Below, in pieces: positions 23,096 to 30,460 of a DNA stretch of 42,932 nt. A program made the position numbers and the translations under genes. Position 1 is the first letter of the stretch; every line of letters starts with the position of its first letter. The notes under the pieces are model-generated. The model was not told where the DNA came from, did not search any database, and worked only from the letters and a program-made list of their open reading frames with translations. Source of the DNA: Gemmatimonadota bacterium (lineage in GTDB: Bacteria; Gemmatimonadota; Gemmatimonadetes; Gemmatimonadales; GWC2-71-9); NCBI GenBank assembly GCA_043769075.1, contig JAYVJS010000551.1, forward strand, positions 1 through 42,932. The letters are read 5' to 3'.

Positions 23096-24123
23096 GAGCG
23101 CGGACCTGGCTCCGGTGGTCGGCCGTCGCGACGCTGTGCCTCGCGGGATCCGGGATCGCGAAGGCGCAGAGCCGGGGCAACCAGGCAGTCGAGGCGGAAG
23201 CGGTCACCTCGATCGGGATCACGGTCGGCGACCTCGATCGATCGGTGGAGTTCTTCACCCAGGTCCTCAGCTTCGAGAAGCTGGGCGAGACCGAAGTGGA
23301 CGGCACCGCCTATGAACACCTGACCGGGGTCTTCGGAGTCCGAATCCGGATTGCCCGGCTCCGACTCGGTGAGGAGCAGATCGAGCTGACCCAATACTTG
23401 GCCCCTGAAGGACGACCGATCCCGGCCGACTCGCGGAGCAACGATCGCTGGTTCCAGCACGTCGCCATCGTGGTGCGGGACATGGACCAGGCATACCGGG
23501 TGCTTCGCCAGCACAAGATTCGGTACGGGTCGACCGGACCCCAACTGCTCCCAAACGCCAATCCGAATGCGGGCGGGATCCGGGCCTTCTATTTCAAAGA
23601 CCCCGACGGGCACAACCTCGAAGTGATTTGGTTTCCCAAGGGCAAGGGCGACCCTCGATGGCAACGGCCCACCGAGCGGCTGTTTCTCGGCATTGATCAC
23701 ACCGCCATCGTCGTCCGGGACACCGAGGCGAGCCTCAGATTTTACCGGGATCTGTTGGGCTTCCGCGTCGCCGGCAACAGTCGCAACTACGGCACCGAAC
23801 AGGAGCACCTCAACAATGTCGAGGGTGCCAGTCTCCTGATCACGGGCCTCAGAGCCCGCACCGGCCCCGGCGTCGAGTTCCTCCAGTACCTGACGCCCGG
23901 CGACGGCCGCCCCTACCCCGCCGACGCCAAACCAAACGATCTCCTCCATTGGCAGACCCAGGTCCGAGTCGCCGCCGGCGAGGCCGTGAACCTTCTGGCC
24001 ACCTCGGGCGTTACCACCGTGTCACGCGGCGTCGTGGTACTGCCCGACAGCTTGCTCGGATACCGCCGAGGCGTGATGGTGCGTGATCCCGATGGTCACG
24101 CCGTGCTAATCACCGAACCCTAG
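23092..24123 (+). CDS. Secreted tandem VOC (glyoxalase/bleomycin-resistance/dioxygenase) domain protein
   Basis: 343 aa from GTG 23092, which overlaps the GMC TGA (GTGA). Signal-like RARTWLRWSAVATLCLAGSGIAKAQ. It has two VOC modules (IGITVGDLDRSVEFFTQVLSF...FKDPDGHNLEV and IDHTAIVVRDTEASLRFYRDLLGF...VRDPDGHAVLI). Confidence 0.8.
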   Translation: MRARTWLRWSAVATLCLAGSGIAKAQSRGNQAVEAEAVTSIGITVGDLDRSVEFFTQVLSFEKLGETEVDGTAYEHLTGVFGVRIRIARLRLGEEQIELTQYLAPEGRPIPADSRSNDRWFQHVAIVVRDMDQAYRVLRQHKIRYGSTGPQLLPNANPNAGGIRAFYFKDPDGHNLEVIWFPKGKGDPRWQRPTERLFLGIDHTAIVVRDTEASLRFYRDLLGFRVAGNSRNYGTEQEHLNNVEGASLLITGLRARTGPGVEFLQYLTPGDGRPYPADAKPNDLLHWQTQVRVAAGEAVNLLATSGVTTVSRGVVVLPDSLLGYRRGVMVRDPDGHAVLITEP

Positions 24124-24137
24124 CAAGGGAGACTCCG

Positions 24138-24470
24138 ATGGCCACGACTTTCCGAGTAGGAACCCCGGCGGAACTGGGCAGCCTCGACCCGACTCAATTT
24201 CTGACCTGGGTCATCGAACGGGCGGGGCGGGCGGTTGGACATCTGGTCTTGACCTACGGGAGCAAGTCCGAGCGAGCCAAGGCGGCCTACGTCACCGGAC
24301 TCTACGTGGAGCCGGAAGCGCGGGGGCAAGGCATTGGCGCCAAGGCGCTGCAGTTCGCCGGTGACGTCGGCCGAACCTTCGGATTGCGGATCTATTCCAA
24401 GGGAGCCGTCGGCGAAGACAAGCGGCTGGTGACGGCGGCCATCCAGACATCCGATTGCTTCACCAATTGA
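24138..24470 (+). CDS. Short GNAT-like acetyltransferase (minimal or truncated)
   Basis: 110 aa with GGGAG 7 nt upstream of ATG 24138. It carries acetyl-CoA motif A (LYVEPEARGQGIGAKAL). The last 79 nt overlap the convergent kinase gene, so the C-terminus may be degenerate. Confidence 0.5.
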   Translation: MATTFRVGTPAELGSLDPTQFLTWVIERAGRAVGHLVLTYGSKSERAKAAYVTGLYVEPEARGQGIGAKALQFAGDVGRTFGLRIYSKGAVGEDKRLVTAAIQTSDCFTN

Positions 24471-27016
24471 TTGACGACGATGGTGCGGCCGTCGGCCGTA
24501 ACATCCTCCACCGCCACCTCGGGACCGAACGTGGCAACGACCCGGGGCGTCCCGCCGCCAATCGGGATCGCGATCAGCCGATTGAACTGGTCGCCCCCGA
24601 CGTCGGCCGCGTAGAGAACCGTCCCGTCCCGGCCCCACTGGATCGGCCGCCCCTGTCCTTCACGAAGGAGCGACCAATCCGGCGCCCCACTCCGGAGCAG
24701 CTTGCTCCAGATCCCCGCCGCCCCCGGCAGTCGATTCGCCATGAAGGCGACCCGATCGGCGGCCGGCCCGACCTTCGGTTGAAAGAAGAGCGTGGCGCTA
24801 TCCCCCGAGAGGAATGGCGCCACGCTATCGGTCGCCGGGTCGAGTAAGACGAGACTCCGGTTTCCGGGGCCTTGGACCACCAACTTGGCGCCGAGCCAAT
24901 CCACGGCTCCGCCGATCCGGCGGGCCCCGATCCGACGAAGTCGACCGGACTCGATGTCGACCACGGCGGCCATCAGGCCTCCCTTCGGCCACGACGCGGT
25001 AAAGGCCAGGCTCTTGCCGTCAGCCGCCCAAGCGATGTCGACCGGCTCCGCGACCGTAGCCACTTCCTCAAACGTGCCGCCCTCGACGCCGGTAATGCCG
25101 AGCACCGCCCCCTGCGGCATCACCTTGAATACGGCCAGCCGCCGCCCGTCGGGCGAAAGGGCCGGTGCCTGATAATGCGCCGTGCCCATCGTTAGGGCCG
25201 TAAGGGTCCTTGGCCCCCGATCGGACTGGGCCGAGGAGCGCGCCAGGTTGGATGAGACCTGGGTTCGGACAAAGACCAGCGCGCCGGTCCGCGACACCGA
25301 CAGGGTAGCTAAGGCCGGGGACCGGAATGGATCGGAGACAATGGCGAGGCCCGGGAGCACCAGTTCCGGCTCTCCAACCGGCCCGCCATCGGGCTTGACG
25401 CCGATCCGCATTACGTCTCCGTCGAGACCCGAACGGCTCCGGAGATAGTAAATCTCGGTGCCGCTCGGTCCCCAGGCCGGGGCGACGATGCCCATCGAAT
25501 CCCGCACCAAGATTCGTTCGGTACCATCCGGCTGAATGATGCTGAGACCGGTTCGTCCCGTCTCGGGGGAACTCAGCGCCAGAAGCAGCCGGTCGGAGCC
25601 GGGCGCCCACGCCGCGCCGGCAATCCACTGGAAGCCGTCAGTCCGGGATACCGACACGGTGACCAACTTTGCCAGCGCCACGAACGACAGGGTCGGCCCC
25701 GATGGTTGGATTTGGACAACGCGAGCCCCGTCCGGAGACAACAGGCCGGACCCCCGAAACATCACCCGCGGCGCCCCCCCAAACCGCGGCACACTCCGAA
25801 CCGACCAGGCATCGCCGTCCAGTTGTCGGTAGCTGACTTCGGTGCCGCCGGCCGACCAACCGATGTCCAGAATCCGCTGAGCCTCCCCCAAGGGCAGCAC
25901 CGCCGAACCAGTCAGATCGCGGACAAAAAGGCGCTGGGTCGAGCCACGCGTCACGTAGGCGAGGAATTGGCCGTCCGGCGAAATCGCCGCTTCGATCGGC
26001 GTGCCGAGATAGGTCAGCTGTTCAGGCCGAATCGGCGGGTCAGGCATCGGCGGCCGACGGGTGATCCCGCGGAGCAGTGCCGCTCCGCCGGCGAGCACCA
26101 GCGCCGTGGCCGTGGCCCGGGGAAGCCACCGTCGCCACCGACTCACCGTCGGCGGCAGAGCCGGCGCCATGCCGCCCGTCGTTCCTAGCGGATCGAGCTG
26201 TTCGACGATCGCTTCGGCGCTTTGCCACCGTTCGGCCGGATCCTTGGCGAGACACCGCATGATCAGGTCAGCCAAGGGCGCCGGAACATCGGGACAGTCG
26301 GTGGTTACCGGTTCCGGCGTGAGGACGACGTGGGCCCGGAGCACGTCTTGAAGCGCCCCCCGAAACGGAGGACGACCGGTCAACAGCTCATACCCAAGGA
26401 CTCCGAGGGCATAGAGATCAACCCGATGGTCGAGACTCGGGTCCGCCATGGCCTGCTCCGGCGCCATGTAGGCTGGCGTCCCAACCGCCACATCAACCGT
26501 TAGGCGGGAGTCGTGAGTCGCGGCCGCATTGAGGGCCTTGGCGACCCCGAAATCCATGACGACGGCGTGGCGGCCTGACACCATGATGTTGTCGGGCTTG
26601 ATGTCTCGGTGAATCACTCCGTGGGCGTGGGCATAGACCAACGCGTCGGCCACATCGGCGAGTAGCCGCGTGGCCTCGGAAACCCCGAGCCGTCCCATCC
26701 GGGTCAACCGGGCCCGGAGCGTCTCGCCGGCGGCGACCGGCATCACGAAGTAGAGGGAACCCGCGGCCTCACCGGAATCAAGCAGGGGAACGATGTGAGG
26801 GTGCTGGAGTCGGGCCGCGATGGCGATTTCCCGAAGGAACCGTTCGCCGGCCAGAGAGGCGGTCAGATCAGGTCGGAGGACCTTGATCGCGACTTCGCGC
26901 TCATGGTCGAGATCAGTGGCCAGGTAGACCGTCGCTGTCGCCCCGCTCCCCAGTTCGCGGATGATCCGGTAGCGACCAGCGAGAACCTCTCCGGCCCTCA
27001 TCCCGAGATTGCTCAT
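24392..27016 (-). CDS. Hanks-type Ser/Thr protein kinase with TM segment and C-terminal TolB-like (PD40/WD40-like) beta-propeller
   Basis: 874 aa. Kinase motifs present: GSGATATVY, VAIKVL, HRDIKPDNIM, DFGVAK, TPAYMAPE. A TM-like segment (ATATALVLAGGAALL) is followed by repeated SPDG...(V/I)(A/Y)F-type propeller blades. Confidence 0.9.
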   Translation of the reverse strand: MSNLGMRAGEVLAGRYRIIRELGSGATATVYLATDLDHEREVAIKVLRPDLTASLAGERFLREIAIAARLQHPHIVPLLDSGEAAGSLYFVMPVAAGETLRARLTRMGRLGVSEATRLLADVADALVYAHAHGVIHRDIKPDNIMVSGRHAVVMDFGVAKALNAAATHDSRLTVDVAVGTPAYMAPEQAMADPSLDHRVDLYALGVLGYELLTGRPPFRGALQDVLRAHVVLTPEPVTTDCPDVPAPLADLIMRCLAKDPAERWQSAEAIVEQLDPLGTTGGMAPALPPTVSRWRRWLPRATATALVLAGGAALLRGITRRPPMPDPPIRPEQLTYLGTPIEAAISPDGQFLAYVTRGSTQRLFVRDLTGSAVLPLGEAQRILDIGWSAGGTEVSYRQLDGDAWSVRSVPRFGGAPRVMFRGSGLLSPDGARVVQIQPSGPTLSFVALAKLVTVSVSRTDGFQWIAGAAWAPGSDRLLLALSSPETGRTGLSIIQPDGTERILVRDSMGIVAPAWGPSGTEIYYLRSRSGLDGDVMRIGVKPDGGPVGEPELVLPGLAIVSDPFRSPALATLSVSRTGALVFVRTQVSSNLARSSAQSDRGPRTLTALTMGTAHYQAPALSPDGRRLAVFKVMPQGAVLGITGVEGGTFEEVATVAEPVDIAWAADGKSLAFTASWPKGGLMAAVVDIESGRLRRIGARRIGGAVDWLGAKLVVQGPGNRSLVLLDPATDSVAPFLSGDSATLFFQPKVGPAADRVAFMANRLPGAAGIWSKLLRSGAPDWSLLREGQGRPIQWGRDGTVLYAADVGGDQFNRLIAIPIGGGTPRVVATFGPEVAVEDVTADGRTIVVNQLVKQSDVWMAAVTSRLSSPTAPLE

Positions 27017-27052
27017 GAATGACGATCCACCCCGGGGGCGATCCTCACGGGA

Positions 27053-27997
27053 CTAACCAACTGGAAGATCACTGATCACCAGGCGGGCGATCCGCCAGGC
27101 CCCGTCCGCTTCCCGGCGCCAATCGGTGGCGATCCGGCCTCGTTCATGAACCGGCGCGCCACCGTGGAGTACTTTGGTTTCTTCGAACCAAGCAAACTCG
27201 ACGGCTCGGTCCCCGATCACGATCAGGTCGTCGCGGTGCACGGCGTGGAAAGTCACCGCACGCACCAGGTCGCCGCGCGCCAAGAATCCGGCAATCGCGG
27301 CGCGACCGACCACATCCGCCACCCCCGACTCGCCGAGAACGGCGTCCGCCGTAAAGAGCGCGGCGGCCACCTCGGGCTTCTGCTCGACCAAAGCCCGGTC
27401 AAGGATTCGGTTCGCCGCGGCGATCGCCAGTCCGGCTTGGTCGGCATCAGACGGGATCGTCAGTCCGTTCGGGGATCCGAGTTGCTTGTAAAAAACCACC
27501 GTGTCGCAGAACGATCCGTCAGGATTCAGGGCATAGCCAGGTATCGGGCCGACCGGCTGCCAGCCGGCCCGCCGATAGAGCGCCTCAGCCGGGTCCCCGC
27601 GCTTGGTGTCGAGGGTCAGCAACGTCACCCCGGCCGATTGGGCTCGCAACTCGGCGGTCCGGACCAGCCCGGTAGCCAATCCCCGCCGCCGAGCCCGCCG
27701 ATGGACTAACATTTTCGCGAGATCGGCCCGGTGGGACTGGTTCGGCATCCGCGCGGGCAGAATCTGGACCGTCCCAACAATTCCGGTTTCATCCCGGGCC
27801 ACCAAGAACATCGCCGGGGGTCCGGCCGACGTCAGGGTATCTCGCCACCACTCCCGCGCCTGCTCCAAAGAGAGCGGCGCAAGAAACCCGACCGACGCTC
27901 CCGATTCGACCGCATCGACGAGCAACGCGGCCAGCTCATTGAGGTCCGATTCGGCCGGGGGTCGGGACAATTCCTCGATCATTACCGGCTCTACCAT
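27053..27997 (-). CDS. GNAT acetyltransferase fused to an NTF2-like (SnoaL/DUF4440-type) domain
   Basis: 314 aa from ATG 27997 (alternative ATG 27982). The GNAT core is LVHRRARRRGLATGLV...LLTLDTKRGDPAEALYRRAGW. The C-terminal part of about 130 aa (FTADAVLGESG...GRIATDWRREADGAWRIARLV) is NTF2-like. The long listed ORF upstream of 27997 overlaps the DUF456 gene and is not credible. Confidence 0.7.
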   Translation of the reverse strand: MVEPVMIEELSRPPAESDLNELAALLVDAVESGASVGFLAPLSLEQAREWWRDTLTSAGPPAMFLVARDETGIVGTVQILPARMPNQSHRADLAKMLVHRRARRRGLATGLVRTAELRAQSAGVTLLTLDTKRGDPAEALYRRAGWQPVGPIPGYALNPDGSFCDTVVFYKQLGSPNGLTIPSDADQAGLAIAAANRILDRALVEQKPEVAAALFTADAVLGESGVADVVGRAAIAGFLARGDLVRAVTFHAVHRDDLIVIGDRAVEFAWFEETKVLHGGAPVHERGRIATDWRREADGAWRIARLVISDLPVG

Positions 27998-28479
27998 GCC
28001 CGGACCACGAGAATAACAGCCATCGCCAGCCCGAGCCCGGTCTTTGCCACGGTGGCGGCGGTCTTTCCAATCAACGATCCCCACGCGGCCCGACTCGCCT
28101 GGCCATGATTCCGCTCGACCGAGTACTCGGCCAATAACGCGCCGAGGAACGAGCCACCGAAGGCACCGATCACCGATCCAAGGATCGGAATCGGCACACC
28201 CATAACCGCGCCGGCCAATCCGCCGAGCAGCGCACCCCAGCCGGCCCGCTTTGAACCACCGTACTTTTTGGTGTACCGGGCCGTCAAGGTGAACTCGAGG
28301 ACCTCCGCCACCGCCGCCAGGCCGCCGACCAAACCGATCGTACCCCACCCGATCGGTGGCGGAACAACCAGAAGCTGGTGGACAACGCCGGCCCCGAGCA
28401 TCAGCCACAGCCCCGGAAGGCCGAGCGGGATCATCAAGAGCCCGGCCAACTGCGCCACGATCAGGAGGGCTAACGCCAT
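27991..28479 (-). CDS. DUF456-like small membrane protein
   Basis: 162 aa from ATG 28479. It has four glycine-rich hydrophobic segments (MALALLIVAQLAGLLMIPLGLPGLWLMLGAG...). It overlaps the thioesterase stop by 10 nt and the GNAT start by 7 nt. Confidence 0.7.
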   Translation of the reverse strand: MALALLIVAQLAGLLMIPLGLPGLWLMLGAGVVHQLLVVPPPIGWGTIGLVGGLAAVAEVLEFTLTARYTKKYGGSKRAGWGALLGGLAGAVMGVPIPILGSVIGAFGGSFLGALLAEYSVERNHGQASRAAWGSLIGKTAATVAKTGLGLAMAVILVVRAW

Positions 28480-28907
28480 TGCTCGAACAGGGCCCGAAAC
28501 GCCGGTGGCCAGGGCATGGGTTTCCTCGACTCGGCGTCGACCAGCACTTCGACAAACTCCGCGATGGCGACACACCGGCCGCTCGCGAAGACGGCTTGGC
28601 CGATCACGACCGATGTCGTCCCGATCCGCTGCACCCGGGTCCCGATCTTGATCTCGTCGCCGAGCCGGGTTTCGTCGAGATACTGGATATGAGAGTCGAC
28701 CAAGACGATGACCGGACCCCGATAGTCGGCGGTCAACGGCTGGATCGGCAGTTCAAGCGCTACCCGGCCATCCTCGAGCCAACCCGCCAGGTTCACGTTG
28801 TTGACGTGACCCAGCAAGTCGAGATCGCGAAATCGGATCAGGACCGGGGTCCAATGCCGAAAGGACCCCGGATCTTTGAGGCTCGTATCGATGCCCTGTT
28901 CCGCCAT
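28470..28907 (-). CDS. Hotdog-fold acyl-CoA thioesterase (4HBT/YbgC-like)
   Basis: 145 aa. IRFRDLDLLGHVNNVNLAGWLEDGR... is the typical 4HBT N-terminal active-site region (D..GHV.N). Confidence 0.8.
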   Translation of the reverse strand: MAEQGIDTSLKDPGSFRHWTPVLIRFRDLDLLGHVNNVNLAGWLEDGRVALELPIQPLTADYRGPVIVLVDSHIQYLDETRLGDEIKIGTRVQRIGTTSVVIGQAVFASGRCVAIAEFVEVLVDAESRKPMPWPPAFRALFEQWR

Positions 28908-29033
28908 GTTGGGGGACCTGGTAAGAGTGGACGACCGCTCAATTTATCCCGGTTGGCCTGCCCGCCGTAGTCCGGTTCCAACGCCTGACCGGCGGGCGTG
29001 GTCTAACGCCTTGAACCCCTCTTGGATAGCTCA

Positions 29034-30350
29034 ATGCGAACCATTCTGTTAGCGGCGGCGTTGCTCGCCCCCGACCCCCAGCTTCGCGACTCGGCCTCGG
29101 TCGCTCGGTTGCTCGCCTCGCTTCGGACCGCCGACGCCGCGGTGTGCGATTTGGCCGGCAGGGCCCTGACGAATTTCGGCGGGTGGTGGGGTGGATCGGA
29201 TGACAACCTTCCGATGCCGATGCCGATGCCCATGCCGATCCCCATCCCGATGCCCTTCGCCGGCGGGGGCCTGGAAATCCACGGTCCGGACGTCGGCCCC
29301 AAGTGGGGCGCCGGGGTCGATCCCAGGGCTCTCGCGGCCTTCCGGGTTGCCCTCACCGACTCGAGCGGTTGCGTCCGGCGGATCGCGGCCCGGATGGTGG
29401 GACGGTCTCGGCCCGCCTGGGCCTACCTGACGTTCACCACGATGCTCAAGGACAACGACCCTGGCCTGCGGGAAACCGGCCTCCTCGGCCTAGGCGAGAT
29501 CGAGGATCGCCGTGCGGTGGGGGTGACAACGGCGGCGTTAGGCGACAAGGATCCCGCGGTCCGCGCCATGGCCGCCTGGGCGCTGGGAGAGTTCAGCCGG
29601 CCCGAAGCGATCCCGGCCCTCAGCCGAGCGATCGGCGATGAGTCCGCGGCGGTCCGGCGCAAGGCCGCTTGGGCGCTCGGGCAAATCGAGAAAGAAGAAG
29701 CCCTCCCCGCCCTCGAGCGGAGCCTCCGCGACAAAGATGCCGGGGTCCGCCGGATGGCCGCCTGGGCCATCGGGGAAATCGAGTCGCCCAAGGGGGTGTC
29801 CGCACTCCGGACCGCGTTGGCGGATTCCGACCCGGACGTTAGGCAGACCGCGGTCTGGGCCTTGGCTGAAATCGAAGATCCGAGCGCCATCGAACCACTG
29901 GCGCCGCTGGTCCGCGACCCCGACCCGACCGTCCGCCGGATGGCGGCCTGGGCCCTGGGCCAAATCGAAAGCGCCAAAAGCGTCCTAGTGTTGACGCCCT
30001 TGGTGAGAGACTCGGATAAGGATGTCCGGATGACGGCGCTCTGGGCCTTCGGCCAGATCGAATCCGACCAGTCCGTCGAGGCGGTCGGGACCGGTCTTAA
30101 GGATCGCGACCCCGAGGTCCGGAGTATGGCGGCGTGGGCGCTGGGGCAGATCGAAGCGACGTCGTCGGTCCGGCTGTTGACGCCGGTCCTGACCGACTCG
30201 GACGACGACGTCAGGATCATGGCCGCCTGGGCCTTGGGACAGATTGAGAGCGCCACGGCACTGACCGCTCTCGAAGCCGTCAAGGACGACCGCTCGCCCT
30301 CGGTCCGCCGGGCGGTCCGGTGGGCCATCGGCCAGATCGACGGCCGCTGA
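29034..30350 (+). CDS. Secreted HEAT / PBS-lyase-type repeat protein
   Basis: ATG 29034 (MRTILLAAALLAP...). The listed TTG at 29022 is an alternative start. It contains 11 consecutive units of 31 aa of the type L.D.D..VR..AAWALGQIE. Confidence 0.85.
   Translation: MRTILLAAALLAPDPQLRDSASVARLLASLRTADAAVCDLAGRALTNFGGWWGGSDDNLPMPMPMPMPIPIPMPFAGGGLEIHGPDVGPKWGAGVDPRALAAFRVALTDSSGCVRRIAARMVGRSRPAWAYLTFTTMLKDNDPGLRETGLLGLGEIEDRRAVGVTTAALGDKDPAVRAMAAWALGEFSRPEAIPALSRAIGDESAAVRRKAAWALGQIEKEEALPALERSLRDKDAGVRRMAAWAIGEIESPKGVSALRTALADSDPDVRQTAVWALAEIEDPSAIEPLAPLVRDPDPTVRRMAAWALGQIESAKSVLVLTPLVRDSDKDVRMTALWAFGQIESDQSVEAVGTGLKDRDPEVRSMAAWALGQIEATSSVRLLTPVLTDSDDDVRIMAAWALGQIESATALTALEAVKDDRSPSVRRAVRWAIGQIDGR
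29211..29252 (+). repeat. Imperfect hexanucleotide tandem repeat (CCGATG)n inside the HEAT gene
   Basis: Seven units: ccgatg ccgatg ccgatg cccatg ccgatc cccatc ccgatg. They encode PMPMPMPMPIPIPM. Confidence 0.9.
29352..30347 (+). repeat. 93-bp (31-codon) periodic coding repeat array (HEAT units)
   Basis: The units start at LTDSSGCVRR (29352) and run without gaps to the stop. There are ten full units plus a final 22-codon unit. Confidence 0.85.
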
Positions 30351-30460
30351 CCCCGGGCGGGTTTCGGCACTTGCCTCCCGCTCACCGCCAGGCGTACCCT
30401 ATTGGCACGCCAAATCCAGCCTTTCGGGATCGCTTGGCGGCTTAGCCAAAGGAGTCACTG

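Noticed and set aside
29352-30347. Regular 93-bp periodic repeats considered as a CRISPR-like array.
   Set aside because: The period is one 31-codon HEAT unit inside an intact ORF. There are no unique spacers, no conserved non-coding repeat and no cas genes.
30402-30417. TGGCAC in the gabD leader considered as a sigma-54 (-24/-12) promoter.
   Set aside because: No TTGC/TGC element follows at the required 4-5 nt spacing (the sequence is TGGCACgccaaatcc).
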